Of a stretch of 64,000 nt of DNA, positions 56,101 to 60,071 are shown piece by piece. The stretch spans positions 4,092-68,091 of the forward strand of contig JAGVXH010000008.1 of NCBI GenBank assembly GCA_018303845.1, in the 5' to 3' direction. This DNA is from Candidatus Pacearchaeota archaeon (GTDB lineage: Archaea > Nanobdellota > Nanobdellia > Pacearchaeales > GW2011-AR1). The position numbers and the translations under genes are program-made. Numbering within the stretch: position 1 is the stretch's first letter; the number at the start of each line of letters is the position of its first letter. The notes beneath the pieces are model-generated. The model had not been told where the DNA came from. It did no database searches and saw only the letters and a program-made list of their open reading frames with translations.

Positions 56101-58805
56101 ATTTCTGTTATGTTCAAATCAATTGTGAAAGAATTATCTCCTATTAGGGAATTGTTTTCTGGTGTATTTGGCGAGACGAAATTTACTAAAGGCAAGCTTG
56201 TATCTAGGATTATGTTTCTTGTTTGACTGCTTCCACTGTAACCTACTTTATCAAAGACTGTAATGTTGTAGGAGTATTGTGTGTTTGGTAGGTTTGTGAA
56301 ATTGTAGACTGATGTTTTGTTTGGGAAGAATTGTGTTGAGACTAGGGACGTTAGATTGTATAGGTAGAATGTTGTGTTGGCTGTGTTGTTTTCTGTTATG
56401 GTTAGGTTGATTAATATTGAGGTTGCGTTTGCGGCTGCTCCATCTGCTTGAGTTGGTGAGGCGAAATCTATCGTTGGTGCGGTATGGTCTATTGCTAAAG
56501 ATGTGTTTAGCGAATATGGAGAGTTGGCTGAGTTGCTGCCTGTTAAATCGTAGGCTCTACATGTGAAGTTTACGCTAGAGGTTTCGGACAGTGATGTTGT
56601 ATTCCATGTGAATGTTGAACTTGCGGTGTGGTTTCCGATGTATCCGCTTGTGGTGTTTATCATGTATGTTATTTGGTCTGCATCTATATCTGTTGAGCCT
56701 GAACAATTTAGTGTTACGCTTTTGTCTACTGTGATATTGCATGAGCCACCGTTACAAGTTAGGTTTGTTGGGGTTGTCGGAGGAAGGTTTGGTCTAGTTC
56801 TAATTGCGATTTGAAAATATGCTGAACTATCTGCAACGGCATGCGCTACCGTGGCAGTTCCAGTTGCTCCCGCTAGTGTTTGGTCTTTTGTTCCCCATGT
56901 TCCTCCTGCTCCTCCTGCCGTTCCATCTGCTTCTTGCTCGCCAGACTCAGACCATCCTGTTCCAGAAACTGAAAAGGGGTCCCCATCTCCTCCATCAAAA
57001 GATAGTCCGTAAATTGCTAGGGAATTGTTATACGTTGTTGCTATTGATGGGATTATACGGCTGGCTACACTTCCTGCTGCTGCAAAATTACTATTATCTA
57101 TAGGAGTTGTTGTATCTGCTCCTGATATACGAATATACCAACCGAAAATATTATTTGCAGCTTGGGCTGTTACGGATACTGTTCCTTCTGTTCCATCTGC
57201 TTTCTTCCAGTAGGCTGCGATGTGGGCGTCGGAAGTAGTTGTCCCGCTTTGTCCTATCATGTTCCAGCCGGCAACATTATCTGAGAATTGTTGTGTAGAT
57301 GTAGCTGCATCGTTTCCAACAATTATTAACAAAAGTTCTCCTTCGGTGATTCCTGAGGGTGCGGCTAAGTTTATGGTGGCGGCTGTTGTTGTTCCCAAAC
57401 TTGTTGCTTGGAATCCTTCTACAATTGGAGTTGGTGGGTCAATTATATAATCAAACTCCAAACTTCCTTCTAAAACTTTTAAGTCAAAAGTATCTTGTGG
57501 GTTTTCTAAATTTGTTAGGTAAACTTTATTTTTCCCGTCTACTAAATTTGTAAATTCCGTTATTATTTCATTTGAATCTTTTTCATAGACTTCTATTTTT
57601 GGGTTCCCTGTTATTGTTCTTGAATAAATTGTAATATCTTTTGTTGAATCTAGCGGTCGTTCAAAAGTTACTCTTGCGAATTCGTTTTCGTTTATTTTTT
57701 CGGACCAGATATCGTCCAAATCTTTTATTTCTTCGTATATATTTGAGAGGAATTCTTTATTTTTATCTAGGTGCGTGGCTCTTGTGACTACAATTATTTC
57801 GAAGGTTTGGTTGCTTAGATGCGGGACTGTCCACTCGATGTAGTCGTAGATTCCGTTATTATTTGTGTCTTCTAGCTTTGTTGGGATGATTTGCTTGGAT
57901 TCTTCTACCCAATTTATTTTGACATCTTGTTGGTTTTTGATTTTGAATTCTTCACTTAGGTTTGTGAAAGCTAGGACTTCTTCATAATGAGTTTTGGAAT
58001 AGATTAGGACTTCTTTCCCGTTTGGCTTTGTTGTTTCTTCTATTTTTGGGGCTGGTGTTTCGTATGTTATTTCTATGTGGGTTTCTTCTGATTCTTCTGA
58101 TGCTGTTATGCCAAAGGATTGTGATTGTGAATTTTCTGGGGCTTCTTTTATCTTTAGTGTTTTTTTAATTTCTTCTGCTTCTTGAGGAATTTGAATTTCT
58201 ATGTTGGAATCGTTTGTGTAGATTTTTTTTGTCCACTTTACTTTTTCTCCCACGACTGCTTCGCCTTGAATTAGTTCTACTCTTAATTCAGATTCGTTGA
58301 TTAGTTCTGAGATTGTTTGGTTTGTTTGGTTTGTTTGGTTTTGTTCTGGGGCTAGGGTTGTTTGGTTTTGTTCTGGGGTTAGGGTTGTTTGGTTTTGTTC
58401 TGGATATTCGTTGGTTGAATTGAATTGGGATTCTTCTTCGGATTGGTTGGATTCTGCTGGGGTTGTTTGGTTGGATTCTGCTGGGGTTGTTTGGTTGGAT
58501 TCTGCTGGGGTTGTTTGGTTGGATTCTGCTGGAGTTGTTTGGTTGGATTCTATCGTGATATTTTCTAATAGCTCGTCATTTTCTTCTGTTATGGAATTTT
58601 GTTGTTCGGGTTGTTGTTCGGGTTGTTGTTCGGGTTGTTGTTCGGGTTGTTGTTCAGGTGTTTCTGTACTTGGATTTGTTGAGAAAGGGCTGGAGTTGTC
58701 TGAAATTGAAATGTCTGTTGAAATAGCAACGTTTGTCATTAGAAGAATGTAGATCAGGAAGATTACTCCAAAGTCTCGCAATTCTAGTTCTCCCCTTTTG
58801 TTCAT
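44094..58805 (-). CDS. Giant (4903 aa) secreted adhesin-like surface protein
   Basis: Uninterrupted 14.7-kb ORF with an N-terminal signal/anchor (FGVIFLIYILLMTNVAIS). After low-complexity tandem repeats comes the N-module shared with giant 1. The body is dozens of ~95-aa Ig-like repeats organised in 3-4 super-repeats, with nested unknown, DUF2341+LamG and MAM-like inserts. The C-terminal part holds 4 'QRG' repeats, an FN3-like domain and a duplicated C-terminal domain. There is no C-terminal TM. Confidence 0.9.
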   Translation of the reverse strand: MNKRGELELRDFGVIFLIYILLMTNVAISTDISISDNSSPFSTNPSTETPEQQPEQQPEQQPEQQPEQQNSITEENDELLENITIESNQTTPAESNQTTPAESNQTTPAESNQTTPAESNQSEEESQFNSTNEYPEQNQTTLTPEQNQTTLAPEQNQTNQTNQTISELINESELRVELIQGEAVVGEKVKWTKKIYTNDSNIEIQIPQEAEEIKKTLKIKEAPENSQSQSFGITASEESEETHIEITYETPAPKIEETTKPNGKEVLIYSKTHYEEVLAFTNLSEEFKIKNQQDVKINWVEESKQIIPTKLEDTNNNGIYDYIEWTVPHLSNQTFEIIVVTRATHLDKNKEFLSNIYEEIKDLDDIWSEKINENEFARVTFERPLDSTKDITIYSRTITGNPKIEVYEKDSNEIITEFTNLVDGKNKVYLTNLENPQDTFDLKVLEGSLEFDYIIDPPTPIVEGFQATSLGTTTAATINLAAPSGITEGELLLIIVGNDAATSTQQFSDNVAGWNMIGQSGTTTSDAHIAAYWKKADGTEGTVSVTAQAANNIFGWYIRISGADTTTPIDNSNFAAAGSVASRIIPSIATTYNNSLAIYGLSFDGGDGDPFSVSGTGWSESGEQEADGTAGGAGGTWGTKDQTLAGATGTATVAHAVADSSAYFQIAIRTRPNLPPTTPTNLTCNGGSCNITVDKSVTLNCSGSTDIDADQITYMINTTSGYIGNHTASSTFTWNTTSLSETSSVNFTCRAYDLTGSNSANSPYSLNTSLAIDHTAPTIDFASPTQADGAAANATSILINLTITENNTANTTFYLYNLTSLVSTQFFPNKTSVYNFTNLPNTQYSYNITVFDKVGYSGSSQTRNIILDTSLPLVNFVSPNTPENNSLIGDNSFTIDLNITEINFKNVTYSIYNTTGLFSQTTYTTKTTTHNFLGLPNGNYSYRATVYDLANQSNSTETRIVRVSSTNPIVTFSGQTYPTNATISGTTLTAEVSVIEENEANITFYIFNETGFPERTPSTYTDARRTISWTFLPEGTYFYNVTVFNIFGKNSSTETRKITLDNQVPIVNYSEPTYPDNSYLSQNFIYINSSLTETNFANITFNLYNLTNLVASQIFTDGTRAYNFTNIPNTEYFYNITVADKANNLGYSTTRKTTLDTISPIVNFSSPTPNNLSNLSQTWLFINTSLIETNFANITFYVYGPSGLVNQTTTSQRQINFTNLQTNFYNYNFTAYDLAGNFASSSTRIIGLDTSGPIISITSPQSKAYGNGTDIPLTYTISDPIAQPHTCWFNINNGANTTVSCTGSSQFTVTDGSHTLWFFANDTFGNPSNSQVTFLVSTTGPAISLYNPANDTFYPSATNTLFNYSATDPDGVQSCSLFGTWNGGWHLNQTDSSYALLTNTTVKTCSQTWPSLDCGASPLSAEGDNTWNTCASQGTSADESIEQMWLSYTKTIPGTTLQAICYIDPYGTTNEVYMWYYNGTGWKTIYSGTAPSGTNYNLTRSFTVDNVIGTHWVRCGIGYDDDPNALANFCVDQGTYFDNDDTNFTVVAAKTFANFTVNLTTEGEYKWNIECNDSLSYKSTALNNYSVGIDLTNPVVDFGEGTLSDNSRVSDNEIYVNTSVVETNPKNITFFLFNSSNFLINSQIFSDGTKNITWTSLSDQTYYYNFTAYDKSGRYSSSLTRAIELDTTSPTGTSDSPGNGYFTKNKTQNLTATVSDSLELKDATLFVVNSTGHTIYSSLISLVGLTSATVGIIYEFLYDDVFTWFYRVRDSVNNEFNTTANSIEIDSTAPTITLIAPTENTNSIVLRDYITINTSIYERNYKNITFWLYNDEGIVSPSPNSFSDSTRQINWTVLSDDKYYYNVTSYDLAGNEGYSETRTITLDTTPPVVTFSGATKSNDSVITGTIITAEVSATEVNEQNITFALYNETGGLAKPLSIFTDGRRAVTWTLLSEGIYFYNVTLIDKVSQKGSTETRKITLDNTAPAIDFSAPTEDSNTNKSQNWIFINTSLTELNFQNITFFLFNSTGLVSSQTYNDSTRAHNFTNLPNEIYSYNITVFDKASQNSSSQTRTITLDTILPIISFTSPTENDGAIRNRNWVYLNTTVTEQNFKQITFNLYGPEGLISEETFTDLTRAYNFTDLPDENYQYNVTSIDWAGNTNSSETRSIGLDSSGPVVTITKPRAKTYGYNESLSLEHTVSDKVSSVQACWWNLDNGENQSITCGTTTTFNTSVASHTLYFYANDTFGNIGQDSVSFFISITGPAIELIAPINDTFYGAGTELNFSFSAYDPDDVDTCSLYGNWNGAWHQNETYSGNWQDVASENRREINITNTGSTTLTDFPIYLNISSYHTETGDYADLLFFSGTCDSAGTALSYEIEDYTSRQANVWLKIPSFTVGTNTICMYYKNPDAESTETPASVWSASYTSVYHLDQTSGTAFDTLGNWNTEDGIDPDSNMNTSGKIGGADYFDGTDYLGTNPEWNVDGAHTYCAWIKFASNHNGTILEDGGTTDGTGLGVTTSGAIRYAECYNNAFNPIDSGTTYADDSWHYVCGGHTGTVQFLYVDGSLSGSATQGDGLSGTDNARIGAATGANPVFYDNVAHNFIGTLDEIRVSSTFRSADWINQSYQQITNYESTTTLGQEQNFTAFQVPIQEEGSYKWNIKCNDTIGYDSFGLNNFTFIVDVTDPQIFFGSGTEANNSNVGRNWVFADVNLIENNFKNITFNLYNSTGFPRTNSYTDSTRQTNFTNLASGTYYYNVTVFDKANHVGYSETRKINLDLIAPSGNLGTPANNSYLNNLNQNLTATFSDTTGLLNATLYILNATGQIIHTQVVGLGGALSSTVGIVYNFLTEGIYRWFYQVEDTVGNKMNTTTNTLTIDTTQPLIEYGIGTEESGLIFERENIFVNVTSSDTYWKNITFSLYDSDSQVFSHSFSDGTLQINWTLLPDEVYFYNVTAYDLAGNSNTTTIRNLTLDNLAPTIDFSSSTKPSGSFASGDSITVGVEVTEANEANITFNLYNATGFNIKTNTYTNPQRGLTWNLLSQGTYYYNVTVVDKVSHSTSTLTRSITLDDTEPQITYGFGTLANNTHINQNWILVAATLVEENFQNITFTLYNSTGQVAQSTFTDTTRQINFTNLANTQYWYQIISYDKASNLGVSETRYTTLDSVSPIIQFVSPTESNNFNKTGNWIFINTTISEINFQNITFNLYDGITLINQTTYTGTTRSINFTNLPSKVYKYNVTTQDKAGNTNSTEERRIGIDYLGPVIQIINPKPKAYGTNISLPLDYSVTDEIVGVSTCWYNIDNTANTTVNCAASTTFNTTDGGHTLHFFANDTFNNLAYKNVTFLVSTTGPAIQLLEPSDNSFYSQETSILFNYTAEDPDLTRSCSLWGTWNGGWHLNQTDSDWIRGETGKFFDNFEVASGWNWTQSTTDNCDWSRNLDNDGTPSGSTGPEADHTLQTIAGHFLFIEASSGQPCAFDAGSPQAVLESENLNADLNDYNVSFWFHMYGAGMGSLFLEVYDGSSWTSIWSQVGQNQTVQTAPYIYVSRSLADYEGTIKIRFRSITGSAYTSDMAIDDINISYVPASNKPYGNFTLNLSQEGTSEWNVFCNDTLGYVTSSVSNYSVTFDVTDPVVDFGLNTLPDNTNISQNFIYINSSIIENNFRNMTFFLYNSTGLVTTYFQNDSTRDHTFTTLPDKKYYYNITVFDSAGRYGNSPTRIILLDTISPTGNPTSPTNNLITNNPSQNLTATLSDENGLAQAVLYVFNQTDFVYSSIIPLSGELSIIIGTVYNFLSDGIYNWFYQAEDIVGNKFNTTNYTITIDTTLPQINFISPTLPNNTDITQNYIYINTSVVETNFKNITFSLFNGEGLYDSYTFTSTKRDINYTLLPDDEYFYNVTSLDLAGNKNTSETRIITLDNLPPSASYVSPTEVNAANKSQSFIFINTSIQETNFANITFRLYLAGTLINTTTSESKTGQINFTNLADGTYFYNATITDKSGLTFNLSTRKITLDTTNPILFFIAPTEDSGVSLEQELINLNTFLSETNFKNITFYLYNQTHLLNQTTYQSQITQINFQASGTNKTYFYNATTYDTSGNKASAATRNITLIDTVFPTLTLTSPQNKTYTYNTSLRVDYSAYDIHLDKCWYRLNFGENVTMPNCQGVAINVADEQSHFLQVYTNDSMGYTTSRNVTFFVNSSLIKLPETYSVQRGSIFTDGTSIQSIEEIHPTKGFILHTVRAGTSDPATLQITSDFTDPEEIIFKNYESGSGAIVEWSLVAGPNITVQRGEISYTNENTLSLSITQVNLSNSFIIVNNRLDSSTSAQNIDGFWTGKFIDDSNVNFTRSSNLANGTLSYQIVSWKEVSTQRGFAQISNTGSATEKTISQINTNKTFMIFSKRSTDTLIQNAMTKGQIKNSTTLNFTREGIAGALDIEWFTVESDLFAAQHGTHSHTISSSPQYATISMPLVNTTRSFDIHSNENSGASTSFATSYLTQNIYNKTAIVLQKGVAAGAGTTSWSAIEITELDAPEITLTYPINTANFSTYTIPSFNFTLSDESQVLNCSLYGNWSGGWHLNQTISNPAKDIILNFSSIEVESDGYYTWNVKCTDAYQNTAWGSSNFTFAAFLPPTTPTIYNINQTSNDGTGNIILSWNASEHSERYKIYAGSTIPTLTYVTETTNLNYTDITFAGQKRRFYQVIATNPTGQNASDIFGAHLYELRHNIVKSQNWIAFPSNASYLKNANETLNEIPQSTAFTTFNSITQSRVTCNNFSCPESFSCTATNCNFEIESGKGYEVNINTSLSQTINWSVVGKVYPSQTIDLTKNATSFGKNWIALYANTTRSNAQGLIMSIPNADAISKWNPTTQGSQGLIPSPFPWIPGFIGNNFQLNLEEGYEVSVTSSTQWTQN
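48085..48590 (-). other. MAM-like domain nested in giant 2 (approximate)
   Basis: FDNFEVASGWNWTQSTTDNCDWSRNLDNDGTPSGSTGPEADHTLQTIAGHFLFIEASSG ... AVLESENL ... YNVSFWFHMYGAGMGSLFLEVYDGSSWTSIWSQVGNQ ... IKIRFRSITGSAYTSDMAIDDINISY. Confidence 0.6.
50930..51830 (-). other. DUF2341-like plus LamG-like domain pair nested in giant 2 (approximate)
   Basis: DUF2341-like: RREINITNTGSTTLTDFPIYLNIS ... DLLFFSG ... LSYEIEDYTSRQANVWLKIPSF ... ICMYYKNPDA. LamG-like: VYHLDQTSGTAFDT ... GGADYFDG ... WHYVCGGHTGTVQFLYVDGS ... FIGTLDEIRVSSTFRSADWI. Confidence 0.6.
58337..58403. repeat. 2.5 copies of a 27-bp tandem repeat inside giant 2 (encodes PEQNQTTL(T/A))
   Basis: Units at 58337-58363 and 58364-58390, plus a partial unit. 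There is one mismatch between the full units. Confidence 0.85.
58447..58550. repeat. 4.3 copies of a 24-bp tandem repeat inside giant 2 (encodes ESNQTTPA)
   Basis: ttggattctgctggggttgtttgg at 58447, 58471, 58495 and 58519 (one mismatch at 58533), plus a partial fifth copy. Confidence 0.9.
58599..58658. repeat. 5 copies of a 12-bp tandem repeat inside giant 2 (encodes PEQQ)
   Basis: ttgttgttcggg occurs four times perfectly, plus one copy with one mismatch. Confidence 0.9.
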
Positions 58806-58990
58806 TTTTTCTTTTCCTTAGATTTAATTTTTTTGGGGATATTCCAGTAGGGAGATTTGCATTTTGGGCAGACTAGGGGTTTTTTATCGATGGACTGGAT
58901 GAGTCTTGGTACCCAGATATGTTTGCATCTCTCACATATATATCCATCTAACTTTATTTCTCCCATTTTTTTAAAGACTATTGTAGTCAA
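58802..58990 (-). CDS. Small zinc-ribbon protein (62 aa from TTG 58990, or 54 aa from ATG 58966), translationally coupled to giant 2
   Basis: Contains CERC ... 22 aa ... CPKC and a Lys-rich tail. Its stop overlaps the giant ATG (ATGA). A TATA-like box lies 19 nt upstream of the TTG. Confidence 0.55.
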   Translation of the reverse strand: MTTIVFKKMGEIKLDGYICERCKHIWVPRLIQSIDKKPLVCPKCKSPYWNIPKKIKSKEKKK

Positions 58991-59009
58991 TGTTGATTAT
59001 GATGTTGAG

Positions 59010-59017
59010 TTTAAATA
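59010..59017 (-). promoter_or_regulatory. TATA-like box (tatttaaa on the minus strand) for the zinc-ribbon/giant-2 operon
   Basis: It lies 19 nt upstream of position 58990. Confidence 0.4.
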
Positions 59018-59066
59018 CGTTATCTTTGGTATATGAGTTTTGGTATATTACTAATAGGTAGATATT

Positions 59067-59101
59067 AGATTTTAGATTTTAGATTTTAGATTTTAGATTT
59101 T
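59067..59101. repeat. 5 perfect tandem copies of the heptamer agatttt
   Basis: It sits in the 138-nt gap between the patatin gene's 3' end and the zinc-ribbon/giant-2 promoter. Confidence 0.9.
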
Positions 59102-59128
59102 GGAATTCCATGAAAAATTTAAATGGAT

Positions 59129-59953
59129 TTATTTTAGAAAGCGTTTCAATTCTGCATTGTCTCTTGTATCTTCATATCCTAGATTAAAAGCTTCCTCAAG
59201 ATGTTTCTTTTTGTTATCTAGGGCACTAATACTAAGCTTCTTTGTTGGAGAGATATATATTACGTCAACTCCGACTATCTCTTTTTGTATATGTTTTTTG
59301 TTTGAATATTCCACAACTGCCTTACTTAGTCCTTTATTCACAAAAAGAGAGTATGTTTTCCAAAAATATGCAGATTTGCTTGGCCCACTATTTTCATCAT
59401 CTATTATAATTATTTTTTTTGCTCCTTCTTCTACTGCTTTTTCCAAAGTTTTTTCCATTGGCGCGCTAATTGATCCATCTATGTATTTTTTTCCATTAAT
59501 TTCTACTCTTTTTCCATAACATATTGGAACTGCTTTTGATGCCCTTAATGCTTCAAAAATATCTACATTCTGATGGTTACTGAAAAATCTCTTTCCCCCT
59601 GTTGTATATTCTGTTGCTCCAATGAAGAAATTTGTTTTGGATTTTCTTATTGCCTTGTAATTTAATGGTTCTAATTCTTTGAAGATCTTAATTACGTAGT
59701 CCACATCCAAAACTCTATTAATCCTTAATAAAGATACGAACTTTTTTGATGCTAAAAGATTTGTCCATATATTTTTTATTTCTGGATATTGCCCTGCCAC
59801 ATAATAGGCGAGGGACCCTGTGCTTCCTGAGCTTCCAACTACAATATCTGGTTTTTTTATTCCATGAACTTCTGCTAATGAACACAGAGCTCCGGCCGAA
59901 TAAGCACATCTTGCTCCGCCGCCGTTTGTGACTATGGCAAGTTTTTTCTTCAT
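59129..59953 (-). CDS. Patatin-like phospholipase
   Basis: It has the oxyanion-hole motif TNGGGARCAYSAG, a nucleophile-elbow variant VVGSSGSTG (GxSxS rather than GxSxG) and the catalytic Asp motif YIDGSISAP. No signal peptide is present. Confidence 0.7.
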   Translation of the reverse strand: MKKKLAIVTNGGGARCAYSAGALCSLAEVHGIKKPDIVVGSSGSTGSLAYYVAGQYPEIKNIWTNLLASKKFVSLLRINRVLDVDYVIKIFKELEPLNYKAIRKSKTNFFIGATEYTTGGKRFFSNHQNVDIFEALRASKAVPICYGKRVEINGKKYIDGSISAPMEKTLEKAVEEGAKKIIIIDDENSGPSKSAYFWKTYSLFVNKGLSKAVVEYSNKKHIQKEIVGVDVIYISPTKKLSISALDNKKKHLEEAFNLGYEDTRDNAELKRFLK

Positions 59954-60071
59954 AGAATAATGCTTGATTGAAATCTTTTAAAACTTAATTGTTAAAAAAT
60001 GGTCAATTTTTATTCAATAAGAAATTACGTCTTTTTCAACTTCGGATTTCTTTTGGAAATTTACTCTTACT

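Noticed and set aside
58297-58752. 151-aa plus-strand ORF with striking WFVWFVWF / GVVWLDSAGVVWLDSA / CCSGCCSGCCSG repeats
   Set aside because: It is the antisense reading of the 12/24/27-bp tandem repeats inside the 4903-aa gene. Its repetitiveness is inherited, and it lies wholly within a 14.7-kb ORF on the other strand.
59129-59953. Patatin gene as an effector of a CBASS-like or other anti-virus defence system
   Set aside because: No nucleotidyltransferase/cyclase, sensor or other defence partner gene is adjacent. The neighbours are surface-protein genes.
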